Shown piece after piece: positions 1 to 8,870 of a stretch of 64,000 bases of DNA. The translations under genes and the position numbers were made by a program. The stretch spans positions 1,600,001-1,664,000 of the forward strand of contig CAVYGB010000002.1 of NCBI GenBank assembly GCA_963767925.1, written 5' to 3'. Each line of letters begins with the position of its first letter. Positions within the stretch are counted from its first letter, which is position 1. The stretch is from an uncultured delta proteobacterium. GTDB taxonomy: Bacteria > Myxococcota_A > Polyangia > Fen-1088. The notes below the pieces were generated by a model that did no database searches, was not told the origin of the DNA, and saw only the letters and a list, made by a program, of their open reading frames with translations.

Positions 1-960
1 CTGTGCGGGATGCGCGTGGAGCGCTTCTCGATCGGCTTCGGCAAGCCCCTCGTGTCGGTCAAGAGGGGCGACACGACGTTCCAGGTGTCCCCCATCCCGC
101 TGGGTGGCTTCGTCCAGATCACCGGGCTCAACCCCCACGAGGAGTTCGACCACAAGGACCCCTACGTCTACCCGAATCGCCCGCGCTGGATGCGGTTCGC
201 GGTGCTGGTGGCCGGCCCGGGCGCGAACTACATGGCGGCCGTCCTGCTGGCGATCGGCATCCTGGTGGGCTTCGGCAAGCGGATGCCCACCCACGACGTC
301 GAGCAGGTGATCGCCAACTCGCCGGCCCAGGCCGCCGGGCTGAAGGCGGGCGACGTGCTGCTCGAGGCCAACGGCAAGCCGCTGACCCCGACCGTGACCA
401 TCCGGACCGTGGTGGGTGAGTCGCAGGGCGCGTCCATGATGCTGAAGGTGAAGCGCCAGAACGAGACGCTCACCATCCCCGTCACCCCCAAGCGCGACTC
501 GGCCGAGGGCGTCTTTCGCATCGGCATCCAGACCGGCACCGCCTTCGCGCCGGTCCCGTTCGGACAGGCGCTCCGCGAGGCGGTGATCTTACCCGCCGTC
601 GTGTCGGGTGAGATGCTCAAGGGCATGTGGGACATGATCGCCGGCAGGCAGCCGGCCAACCTGAGCGGCCCGGTCGGGATCGCCCGGGAGATGGCCAACG
701 CGGCCGAGCAGGGCATGGTGCAGTTCCTGCACCTCATGATGTTGCTCTCGATCTACCTCGGCCTGTTCAACCTGCTGCCGCTGCCGGCGCTGGACGGCGG
801 GCGGGTGCTGTTCCTGGGGATCAACGCGCTCCCCATCCGACAGGTGAGCGCGAAGACCGAGGCGGCGGTCCACATGGTGGGTCTGCTGCTCCTGCTCGGC
901 GTGTTCGTCCTGGTCACCTTCAAGGACATCAAGGACATCGTCGTCCGGATGGTGAACTGA
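1..960 (+). CDS. rseP: RIP metalloprotease RseP (M50 site-2 protease with PDZ domain), 5' end outside window
   Basis: Motifs FSIGFG, PIPLGGFV, AGPGANY, PDZ SPAQAAGLKAGD, SGPVGI and FNLLPLPALDGG; frame is open to the window edge and HExxH is not seen. Confidence 0.9.
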   Translation: MCGMRVERFSIGFGKPLVSVKRGDTTFQVSPIPLGGFVQITGLNPHEEFDHKDPYVYPNRPRWMRFAVLVAGPGANYMAAVLLAIGILVGFGKRMPTHDVEQVIANSPAQAAGLKAGDVLLEANGKPLTPTVTIRTVVGESQGASMMLKVKRQNETLTIPVTPKRDSAEGVFRIGIQTGTAFAPVPFGQALREAVILPAVVSGEMLKGMWDMIAGRQPANLSGPVGIAREMANAAEQGMVQFLHLMMLLSIYLGLFNLLPLPALDGGRVLFLGINALPIRQVSAKTEAAVHMVGLLLLLGVFVLVTFKDIKDIVVRMVN

Positions 961-1934
961 CAAGGCCCCGTCCTCCCCGCGCCCGGCGGATCCACGACGG
1001 GCTGGTGGGGCAACGCGCGCTGATCGGTCAGGCGTACCTGGCCGACCCGGAGCTGCGGCGACAGTACGAGGCGGAGATCGCCCCCCGCACGCGGGCGGCG
1101 CTGGGACGCATCCTCGACGACCTCGGGTGGGGTCCGGAGGCGGGCCCGTCCGGGGCGGGCAGCGTGCTGCGGGCGCTGGACCTGGGCGCGGGCACCGGGG
1201 CGGCCGGGGCCCTGCTGCGCGAGCGGCTGGGCCCGATCGACCTGGTCTCGGTCGACCGGGTGGCGGCGCTGCCCGGGGTGGTGGTGGCCGACCTGCGACA
1301 GAAGGGGCGGCCGCCCGGGGTGAGCGGCCAGTTCGACCTGATCGTGGCGGCCCACCTGCTCAACGAGCTGGGGGCCACGCTGGACGTGACGGCCCGGGCG
1401 GCGCTGGTCTTCGCCTGGGCCCGGGAGCTGCTGGCCGAGGGGGGCAAGGTGGTCCTGATCGAGCCGGCGCTGCGCGAGACCTCGCGCGACCTGCTGGCCA
1501 TCCGGGACCGGCTGGTGCCGGCGGGGTTCTTCGTCGTGGCGCCTTGCCTGCTGCAGGGGCCCTGTCCGGCGCTGGTCAACGAGCGCGACTGGTGCCACGC
1601 CAGCGCCCCCTGGCCTCCCGAGCAGGCGGCGGCGCGCGCCGGCCAGTCGCGGGTGGACTACAGCTACCTGGTGCTGGCCCGGGCGGGCGAGCCGAGCCCG
1701 GAGCGGCGGCTGTTCCGGGTCGTGAGCGACCCCATCGTCGAGAAGGGCCGCCTGCGGATGTGGGGCTGCGGCCCCGCGGGGCGCCACCCCCTGGTCCGGC
1801 TCGACCGGGACCGCACGGAGGCCAACGGGGCCTTCGATCGCACGGGGCGGGGCGATCTCCTCATCGCCGCCGACACCAATCGGGCGGGGGACGGCCTGCG
1901 CATCGGCCCCCACAGCCGGGTCGAGCGGCGTTAG
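957..1934 (+). CDS. SAM-dependent methyltransferase, Rsm22-like (start uncertain)
   Basis: ALDLGAGTG motif I, FDLIVAAHLLNEL, VLIEPA, VVAPC..CP..DWCH; abuts the rseP stop. Confidence 0.7.
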   Translation: MTRPRPPRARRIHDGLVGQRALIGQAYLADPELRRQYEAEIAPRTRAALGRILDDLGWGPEAGPSGAGSVLRALDLGAGTGAAGALLRERLGPIDLVSVDRVAALPGVVVADLRQKGRPPGVSGQFDLIVAAHLLNELGATLDVTARAALVFAWARELLAEGGKVVLIEPALRETSRDLLAIRDRLVPAGFFVVAPCLLQGPCPALVNERDWCHASAPWPPEQAAARAGQSRVDYSYLVLARAGEPSPERRLFRVVSDPIVEKGRLRMWGCGPAGRHPLVRLDRDRTEANGAFDRTGRGDLLIAADTNRAGDGLRIGPHSRVERR

Positions 1935-1997
1935 GTTCCGTGTACGATGCGGGGGTCGGGGCCCGGTGGGGGACCCCCCCCGGGGCAGGGGAGATTC

Positions 1998-2609
1998 ATG
2001 AGCAAGGCTTCCAGAGCGGAGACGGAGTCGTTTCGCACGCGCGCCCGGGGCGTGGCGGTGCGGCTGTTTTCACGCAAGGGGTTCGAGGGGACGTCGGTGC
2101 AGGAGGTGGCGGACGATCTCGGCGTGACAAAGCAGGCGCTCCTGTATCACTTCGCCTCGAAGGAAGGCCTGCGGCAGGCGGTGTTCGAGGAGCTGGTGGG
2201 GAGGTGGCGCGACGTCTTGCCCCGGCTGCTCTCGGCCCTGACCCGGCAGGAGGCCGGGTTCGAGGACGCGATGGCCGAGATCGTCGAGTTCTCGCGGGCC
2301 GAGCCGGCCTACGCCCGCTTCCTCATGCACGAGCTGCTGCGCGGGGTGCACGATCCGGTGCTGACCGACACGGGCTCCTGGCTCAAGGTCGCGGCCGACA
2401 TCATCCGCCGGGCCCAGAAGGAGGAGAAGGTCGACGCCGCCGTCGATCCGGAGGCCTGGGTGGTCAACGTCGGCACCCAGATCCTCGCCACCCTCTGTTT
2501 CCTCGACCGCGACCGCCCCGACCACCCCGGCTCGGACCGGGTGGTGCGGGAGCTGGCCCGGGCGATGGGCGCCAGCCTGCTCTGTCCGCCCCGCCCAACT
2601 CAGGGCTGA
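1998..2609 (+). CDS. TetR/AcrR family transcriptional regulator
   Basis: LFSRKGFEGTSVQEVADDLGVTKQALLYHFASKEGL HTH; GGAG before the ATG. Confidence 0.9.
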   Translation: MSKASRAETESFRTRARGVAVRLFSRKGFEGTSVQEVADDLGVTKQALLYHFASKEGLRQAVFEELVGRWRDVLPRLLSALTRQEAGFEDAMAEIVEFSRAEPAYARFLMHELLRGVHDPVLTDTGSWLKVAADIIRRAQKEEKVDAAVDPEAWVVNVGTQILATLCFLDRDRPDHPGSDRVVRELARAMGASLLCPPRPTQG

Positions 2610-2670
2610 CGCGGACTGGCCGATTACTTACCACGTGGTAAGTTTTCTGGCGAAGGGAGGGCCCGCGCCA

Positions 2671-3642
2671 ATGACCACGACGGAGCCAACGACGGAGCCA
2701 ACGAAGACGTCCACGACGACGACCGCCGGAACGTCCGCGACGACATTCACGAAGGCGTCCACGAAATTCCCGGAGGGATCGAGAGCCACGCCGAGCTTTT
2801 ACCAGCCGGTGGACGAAGGGGAGCGCGAGGCGCTGTACGCCAGCTACGTCGAGTTCCTCGGCCGCCGCAACGGCGAGATGGACTTCGAGCGGCGCCGTTA
2901 CAGCAAGCGGGAGGCGCACCTGCAGGCGCTCGACGGGGCCAGCCTGGCCTTCCGGGGCCCCTTCGATCCGGAGGCCTTCCGCCGGCAATACGCCCACTAC
3001 GACAAGGGGGAGGCCACCCCGGCCGCCACCCAGCTCCTGCTGATGTTCTGCAAGGTCAACGCCGGCGAGGCCTTCGGCGTGGAGGTGATGCGCGAGGCGC
3101 GCAAGGCCTACTTCGAGCGGCCCGAGGCGCAGTACCAGGCCGAGAAGATCATCGCCAACGAGGAGGAGTACCACACCAAGCTGCTGGTGGGCGCCACCGG
3201 CTACTTCGGGGTGAAGATGGATCAGTCGTTCGTGCCCCCGCTGCCGCTGAAGATTTTGATCCACGGCCTGGCCGGCATGCCCCAGCGCTTCTTTCACTCG
3301 GTGCTGCTGGCAGCAGAGCTGGCCGGCATCTACACGTTCAACACGCTGCTCGACATCACCCGGGTCGTGCTGCGCGACCAGCCCGAGGTGCGCGACGCCA
3401 TGGAGGAGCGCCTGTGCGCCGTGCTGGTCGACGAGATCGGCCACGTCAGCTACAACCGCCTCGCCCTCGGCACCTGGGGCCTGTCCCTGGCCCGCCGCCT
3501 GTACCCCCTGGTGCAAAAGAGCGTCGCCGCCAGCCCCGAGTTCCGCGCCCTGCGCGAAAAGGTAGGCGGCGGCCTCCCCCTGCACGCCCTCGACTACCGC
3601 CACCTCCCCGAGGCCGTGCGCGCCCAAGCATTCTTCGTGTGA
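2671..3642 (+). CDS. Ferritin-like di-iron protein with Thr-rich N-terminus
   Basis: Paired E...ExxH motifs (GEAFG, EEEYH, AELAG, DEIGH); GGAGG RBS. Confidence 0.65.
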   Translation: MTTTEPTTEPTKTSTTTTAGTSATTFTKASTKFPEGSRATPSFYQPVDEGEREALYASYVEFLGRRNGEMDFERRRYSKREAHLQALDGASLAFRGPFDPEAFRRQYAHYDKGEATPAATQLLLMFCKVNAGEAFGVEVMREARKAYFERPEAQYQAEKIIANEEEYHTKLLVGATGYFGVKMDQSFVPPLPLKILIHGLAGMPQRFFHSVLLAAELAGIYTFNTLLDITRVVLRDQPEVRDAMEERLCAVLVDEIGHVSYNRLALGTWGLSLARRLYPLVQKSVAASPEFRALREKVGGGLPLHALDYRHLPEAVRAQAFFV

Positions 3643-3666
3643 CCCCTCCGCCCCCCACCCGCGGAG

Positions 3667-3712
3667 CCCCCTCACCCCACCCTCTCCCCGCTGCCGCGGG
3701 GCGAGGGCGAAC
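3667..3712 (+). repeat. Dispersed hairpin repeat (REP/BoxC-like), forward copy
   Basis: cccctcaccccaccctctccccgctgccgcggggcgagggcgaac, matching 18934-18978. Confidence 0.95.
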
Positions 3713-3786
3713 GCACAACGGGACAGCCAAAATCCCGGCCCATCCGCCGCTGATCCTTGCTTTTGGCGCTGCCGGTGGCACCCGGC

Positions 3787-4253
3787 CGAGTGGGGTGAGG
3801 GGTCCGCGGGGAAAGTGATGGTGGCCCGGGGCTGAGCGGGGTGAGGGGTCCGCCGGGAAAGTGATGGTGGCCCGGGGCTGAGTGGGGTGAGGGGTCCGCG
3901 GGGAAAGTGATGGTGGCCCGGGGCTGAGTGGGGTGAGGGGTCCGCGGGGAAAGTGATGGTGGCCCGGGGCCGAGTGGGGTGAGGGGTCCGCGGGGAAAGT
4001 GATGGTGGCCCGGGGCCGAGTGGGGTGAGGGGTCCGCGGGGAAAGTGATGGTGGCCCGGGGCCGAGTGGGGTGAGGGGTCCGCGGGGAAAGTGATGGTGG
4101 CCCGGGGCCGAGTGGGGTGAGGGGTCCGCGGGGAAAGTGATGGTGGCCCGGGGCTGAGTGTGGTGAGGGGGGTCCGCGGGGAAAGTGATGGTGGCCCGGG
4201 GCTGAGTGTGGTGAGGGGTCCGCCGGGAAAGTGATGGTGGCCCGCGGCTGAGT
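3787..4253. repeat. Tandem array, about 10 x 46 bp
   Basis: Unit ggggtgaggggtccgcggggaaagtgatggtggcccggggc(t/c)gagt at 3792, 3838, 3884 and onward, with minor variants. Confidence 0.95.
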
Positions 4254-4300
4254 GTTCGCCCTCGCCCCGCGGCAGCGGGGAGAGGGTCGGGGGTGAGGGG
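4254..4300 (-). repeat. Dispersed hairpin repeat, reverse copy
   Basis: gttcgccctcgccccgcggcagcggggagagggtcgggggtgagggg is a near reverse complement of 3667-3712. Confidence 0.95.
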
Positions 4301-4334
4301 TCCGCCGGCCGTGGTCAACACGGTTCGACGCATC

Positions 4335-4368
4335 TAGGACCGATCCTGTCCGCAGGGGCGGGCATACT
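4335..4368 (+). promoter_or_regulatory. Putative operator and -10 element of the WYL regulator
   Basis: Imperfect palindrome TAGGAC-N7-GTCCGC followed by CATACT about 10 nt before the ATG at 4378; no obvious RBS. Confidence 0.45.
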
Positions 4369-4377
4369 CCGCGGGGC

Positions 4378-5346
4378 ATGCTCGAGACCTCCGCCCGCCT
4401 GCTGCGCCTGCTCTCGCTGCTACAAACGCGGGCGGTCTGGACCGGGGTCGAGCTGGCCCGCCGGCTGGAGGTCACCGGGCGGACCCTCCGGCGCGACGTG
4501 GATCGCCTGCGCCGGCTGGGGTACCAGGTGCAGGCCACGGTGGGCACCGGCGGCGGCTACCGGCTGGGCGCGGGCAGCGCCCTGCCGCCGTTGTTGCTCG
4601 ACAACGACGAGGCGGTGGCGGTCGTGCTCGGGCTGCGCACGGTCGCCAGCGGCCCGACCAGCAACGTCGAGGAGGCCTCCACCCGGGCCCTGGCCAAGCT
4701 TGAGCAGGTGATGCCGCCCCGGCTGCGCCGGCGCATCGCCGCCCTGCACGCCGCCATCGTGCCTGTCGTTCGCCCCTCGGCCCGGGTCAGCTCGAAGCTG
4801 CTCACCGCCATCGCCGAGGCCTGCCACGAGCACCGCCGGATCGCCTTCACCTACCGGGGTTACGACGACAAGGTCTCGCATCGCGAGATCGAGCCCCAGA
4901 GCCTGGTGCACACCGGCCGGCGCTGGTACCTCGTCGCCTGGGACGTGCGGGCCCGCGACTGGCGCACCTTCCGCGCCGACCGGGTCAGCGCCGTGACCCC
5001 CACCGGCCAGCGCTTCGCCACCCGCCCGGGCCCCGACCCCGACCTCGGCGGCTACGTCTCCCGCGGGGCCTCCACCGCCCCCTACCCCGTCCGCGCCCGC
5101 CTCCTCCTGCACGCCCCCATCGAAGCCGTCGCCGACACCATCACCCCCGAGATCGGCCACCTCGAAGCCGTCGACGCCACCCGCTGCACCATGACCGTCG
5201 GCTCCCGCTCCCTCGAAGAGCTCGCGGTCTGGTCCGGCCTGATCGGCTTCGACTTCCAGATCCTCGACCCCCCCGCCCTCATTCCCCTGGTCCGCGGCCT
5301 CGCCGCCCGCTACCACCGCGCCGCCACCACCAGCCCCCCCACCTGA
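4378..5346 (+). CDS. YafY/PafB-like HTH-WYL transcriptional regulator
   Basis: N-terminal HTH (ELARRLEVTGRTLRRDVDRLR, GGGYRL) and WYL motif RWYLVAWD..DWRTFRADR. Confidence 0.93.
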   Translation: MLETSARLLRLLSLLQTRAVWTGVELARRLEVTGRTLRRDVDRLRRLGYQVQATVGTGGGYRLGAGSALPPLLLDNDEAVAVVLGLRTVASGPTSNVEEASTRALAKLEQVMPPRLRRRIAALHAAIVPVVRPSARVSSKLLTAIAEACHEHRRIAFTYRGYDDKVSHREIEPQSLVHTGRRWYLVAWDVRARDWRTFRADRVSAVTPTGQRFATRPGPDPDLGGYVSRGASTAPYPVRARLLLHAPIEAVADTITPEIGHLEAVDATRCTMTVGSRSLEELAVWSGLIGFDFQILDPPALIPLVRGLAARYHRAATTSPPT

Positions 5347-5362
5347 ACGGGGCACGGGCTCG

Positions 5363-6127
5363 CTACTTCGGGAGGGGGAGGTGTTGCAGGAAGCCGTTGA
5401 GGGCGGTGACGACTTCGGCGGGGATCTCGTGGGCGCCGTCGAAGGGGTACCAGGTGACGGCGAGGCCGGCGGCGAGGAGCTCGTCGCGGAGGCGTTCGGC
5501 GAGGGCGAAGGAGAGGGTCGGGTCGGTGCGGCCGTGGGCCAGGAAGACGGGGAGGCCGCGGCGGCGGGGGAGGGCGTGGACCCAGGTGGCCTCGTCGACG
5601 GGGGTGCCGGAGAGGAGCACGAGGGCGGCGAGGGGCGTGTCGGAGAGGAAGGCCACCTGGGCGGCGACCATCGCGCCCTGCGAGAAGCCGCCGAGGAGCA
5701 GGGGGCCGCCGGGGTTCCAGGCCAGCTCGGCGAGGAGGTCCTCGACCCGGGCGGCGGCGGCGGCGATGCCGGGCGGGCGGGTGGCCGAGAGGTCGGGGAT
5801 CGTGCCGCCGGGCGGGAGGTGGCTGCCCAGGTCGAGCCGCCACCAGCCCCGGCCGTCGACCGGGCCGTCGGGAGGGACGGTGGGGTCGGGCGCCTGGGGG
5901 AACACGAAGCGCCCGCGCGGGGGCAGGCGGATGGTGTCGGTGAAGGCCACCCATTTGCCCGCCGACAATCCATACCCATGCAGCAGCACGAGGGTGGGCG
6001 GGCCGCTGCCGCCGTGGACCAGGGTCACCAGGGGCGGATGCCGGATCTGGCGGACGAGGTAGCTGGCGCCCGCGCCGGCCAGGGCGATCACGACCACCGC
6101 GAGGACCACGAGCTGGCCTCTTCGCAC
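5363..6127 (-). CDS. Phospholipase/carboxylesterase (alpha/beta hydrolase) with N-terminal TM segment
   Basis: LLHGYG, GGFSQG nucleophile elbow, HGRTD, GAHEI; GTG start inferred. Confidence 0.85.
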   Translation of the reverse strand: MRRGQLVVLAVVVIALAGAGASYLVRQIRHPPLVTLVHGGSGPPTLVLLHGYGLSAGKWVAFTDTIRLPPRGRFVFPQAPDPTVPPDGPVDGRGWWRLDLGSHLPPGGTIPDLSATRPPGIAAAAARVEDLLAELAWNPGGPLLLGGFSQGAMVAAQVAFLSDTPLAALVLLSGTPVDEATWVHALPRRRGLPVFLAHGRTDPTLSFALAERLRDELLAAGLAVTWYPFDGAHEIPAEVVTALNGFLQHLPLPK

Positions 6128-6159
6128 CGGACGACCTGTCGGCTCTTCGCGCGCGGCGG

Positions 6160-6912
6160 TCAACGGAGCGTAGCTCGATCTCGACCGGGAACGCTCGGCA
6201 GGTCGTGGGGGTCGCGGGCGCTGGATCGCGCGCGCGCGTCGCTCCGGCGGCGGCGGGGCCGGCGCTGCAGCCACGCCAGAGCCAGCACCAGGGCAGCGAG
6301 GGCTGGCGCTCCCGGGGCGCCGGCGCCACCGGCGGCGCAACCGCGGCCGCCCGTCCCGGCGGGTGGGGTGGCGGGGGGCGCGCCGCCGCCGATGGGTGAG
6401 GTGGCGGGGGGAACGGCCGGGCCGCCGGCGGCGCCGTCCGTGTCCGGGGTGGTGCCCGAGACGCCCGCGTCGCCGCTGGCGCCGGGCGGGCGGCCGGGAC
6501 CGAGGGCGGCGAGGTCGGCGGCGGCCTCCTCGCTCGCGCGGGTGCGCGAGCACAGGGTGGCCAGCAGGCCGGGCTTGTTGTCGAGGGCGTAGATGAGATA
6601 GGAGCCGCCGGCGGCGAAGGCGATCCCGCAGGAGGCGTCCGAGCTCGAGGTGAGGACCACCTGCCGGCGGTCGACCGGCCCCTTCCAGACCCGGGCCACG
6701 TCGAGCTCGACCTGCAGCAGCGGGCCGAAAACGGCAGCGGTGGCGGACGGCTCGATCCGGGTGACGGTGCCCTGGAACACCGCCGTCGCGGCGGCGAGCG
6801 CCGCCTCCGGGGGTGGCGGCGGCGCGCAGGAGCAAGCGTGCGCCTGGCTCCGACCGAGCGCCAGCAGGGCCGCCACCACCGTCGCCTGCGTCAACCGTGC
6901 CCGACCCATCAT
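6160..6912 (-). CDS. Secreted TIMP/NTR-like (CSC) domain protein with MYXO-CTERM-like sorting tail
   Basis: Signal peptide, then ACSC..AVFQGTV, ASCG..F..G.SYLIYA, LCSRT; C-terminal GC + hydrophobic helix + RRPRRRR. Confidence 0.7.
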   Translation of the reverse strand: MMGRARLTQATVVAALLALGRSQAHACSCAPPPPPEAALAAATAVFQGTVTRIEPSATAAVFGPLLQVELDVARVWKGPVDRRQVVLTSSSDASCGIAFAAGGSYLIYALDNKPGLLATLCSRTRASEEAAADLAALGPGRPPGASGDAGVSGTTPDTDGAAGGPAVPPATSPIGGGAPPATPPAGTGGRGCAAGGAGAPGAPALAALVLALAWLQRRPRRRRSDARARSSARDPHDLPSVPGRDRATLR

Positions 6913-7094
6913 GGGCGGTAGCTTACGCCCGGTGGCCGCCGCGCGGGAAAGCGCCTGCGAGCGCGACGTGATCGCCCTCGCCCGCGGCGCAACACGCGCG
7001 CCGCATCCCGAGCGCTCGCGCGCACCGCGGACACCTCGAGCCCCGGACGAAACCCTCACGAAACGAGAACTCCCATATACGGATCCTTGTCCCC

Positions 7095-7850
7095 ATGAAG
7101 CTGAGGTCGGCCGACGCGAAGCGCATCCTTTCGTTCTGTCTCGATTGTCCCTACGACGTCGAGCTGTCCGACCAGGGGCCCACCCGCTACATCCGGATCT
7201 CCCCCCTGTCCGAGGGGGCCGGCCCCCCGCACCTGTTCGAGGCCGACACCTTCGAGGAGGCGCTGCGGGCGGCGGCCGAGACGGGGCTGGTCCGCAAGGC
7301 ATGCATCGAGCGGCAGCTCGCCCTGCACGGCCAGACCGGCGAGCGCACCTTCGACGCCCGGCAGGGGCAATGGAGCGGCCCGGCCTTCCCGCCGGTCCCC
7401 GAGATCGACCCCGTCGAGACGCCCGGGCGCGAGCCGTCGCTGGCCCACTACCGCGGCCTGGCCGAGTTCCGCTACCAGATCCGCCGCTTCGTCAGCTTCT
7501 CCGAGCGGGCGGCGCGGGCCGCCGGGCTGGAGCCGCCGCAGCACCAGCTCCTGCTGGCGATCCACGGCCTGCCGCCGAGCAAGCGCCCCATCGTCGCCAC
7601 CCTGGCCGAGCGCATGTGCATCGAGCCCGAGGCCTGCCAGGAGCTGGCCGCCCAGCTCATCGACAAGGGCCTGCTCCGCTGGACCGCCAACCCCGCCGAC
7701 CGCCGGGAAAAGCTCCTGGCCCTCACCGACCCCGGCCAGACCATCCTGCGCACCCTCACCCGCCAGCACCGCAACCAGGTCCTCGCGGTGGGCCCCACCT
7801 TCGTCCACGCCCTCGGCGCCGTCCTCAGCTCCTTCGAGGAGACCGAGTAG
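7095..7850 (+). CDS. MarR family regulator with extra N-terminal domain
   Basis: C-terminal YRGLAEFRYQIRRF..GLEPPQHQLLLAI..DRRE..LT..G wHTH. Confidence 0.8.
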   Translation: MKLRSADAKRILSFCLDCPYDVELSDQGPTRYIRISPLSEGAGPPHLFEADTFEEALRAAAETGLVRKACIERQLALHGQTGERTFDARQGQWSGPAFPPVPEIDPVETPGREPSLAHYRGLAEFRYQIRRFVSFSERAARAAGLEPPQHQLLLAIHGLPPSKRPIVATLAERMCIEPEACQELAAQLIDKGLLRWTANPADRREKLLALTDPGQTILRTLTRQHRNQVLAVGPTFVHALGAVLSSFEETE

Positions 7851-7905
7851 AGCGGTGCCCGAGCGTCGAACGGTTTGAACGGGGTTTCCGCCCCGCGGCG
7901 GCCGC

Positions 7906-8307
7906 TCAGGCCACCGGCTCGGGGGCCGGGGTCTCGATGCTGACCACGTCGGGGGCGAAGCGGTAGAGGGCTTCCAGGCTGCGGCGTTGCCAGTGCAGCT
8001 TGGGGTTGCGCAGGAAGCGCACGCCGTAGCGCAGGTCGGAGCTCAGCTTGTTGACGAGGTGGATGTAGGCCACCAGGCATTGCAGGGGCGAGCTCGACAT
8101 GAAGTCGAGGCCGTTCATGTCGAACACGACAAGGCGGAAGCGTTCGCGCAGCACCTCGGCGTGCAGGCGGCGCAGGAAGGGGTCGAAGGCGGGCACGGCG
8201 TCCATGTCGACGCTGCCCGACAGGCGGATCCGCACCTGATCGCCTTGCTCGCCGAGGACCAGGAAGAAGTCCGCCCCGACGAGGGGTTCAATCGTGAGTC
8301 GCGCCAT
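7906..8307 (-). CDS. STAS-domain anti-sigma factor antagonist-like protein
   Basis: IRLSGSVD, VVFDMNGLDFMSSS; GGAGG RBS. Confidence 0.75.
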   Translation of the reverse strand: MARLTIEPLVGADFFLVLGEQGDQVRIRLSGSVDMDAVPAFDPFLRRLHAEVLRERFRLVVFDMNGLDFMSSSPLQCLVAYIHLVNKLSSDLRYGVRFLRNPKLHWQRRSLEALYRFAPDVVSIETPAPEPVA

Positions 8308-8851
8308 GTCGACCCCAGGAGGGCAGGGCGGCCCGGGGACCACGGGCCTCCTGCTTCACCTGCACGCGCGCCTCGGCGGTGATCGTCACCTCGTCCCCTC
8401 TCAGAGAATAGCTGAGGTTCATCTCCGCTTCCGCCCGAATTCGCGCGAGGCCCAGGCCGGAGCCGGAGGTGCGGGTCGTGCTGCGGGCGATCATGGCATC
8501 GTAGAGCGCCAGCGCGTCGGCGCACCTCACGCTCTCCTCGAAGAACTGCCGCAGATCGCCGAGGCGATCGGCCCGGGCCCGGTTGCTGCTGCAGACGCGG
8601 AGCAGGCCCTGCTCGCCGGGCGACTCGTCGTGCAGCTCGACCTGGAGCTGGCCCGCCCCGTCGCTGGAGTACTTGGCGGCGTTCTCCAGCAGCTCGTGGG
8701 CGGTCAACATCAGGCGGGCGCAGGCGTCGGGCTCGACCAGCAGGTTGCTGAAGAAGTCGCAGATGTATTTGCTGGTGCGGGCGATGAGGCGCGACTCCGG
8801 GTAGAAGTCGAAGCGCAGGGCGGCCCGCACGCGCCGCTGATCGTCGCTCAT
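8288..8851 (-). CDS. HATPase_c anti-sigma factor/Ser kinase-like protein
   Basis: N-box HELLENAAKYS and G-box SGSGLGLARI, without a HisKA domain. Confidence 0.75.
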   Translation of the reverse strand: MSDDQRRVRAALRFDFYPESRLIARTSKYICDFFSNLLVEPDACARLMLTAHELLENAAKYSSDGAGQLQVELHDESPGEQGLLRVCSSNRARADRLGDLRQFFEESVRCADALALYDAMIARSTTRTSGSGLGLARIRAEAEMNLSYSLRGDEVTITAEARVQVKQEARGPRAALPSWGRHGATHD

Positions 8852-8870
8852 CGCGCTGGGCGGCCGCCGA

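Noticed and set aside
3787..4253. CRISPR array (also considered for 18980-19197 and 36649-36862)
   Set aside because: Units are contiguous near-identical copies with no unique spacers, and there are no cas genes in the window.
3414..4547. ORFs of 134-295 aa running through the repeat array (also 14227-14708, 18614-19416, 36432-37235)
   Set aside because: They are translations of tandem DNA repeats in several frames, with no RBS or domain signal.
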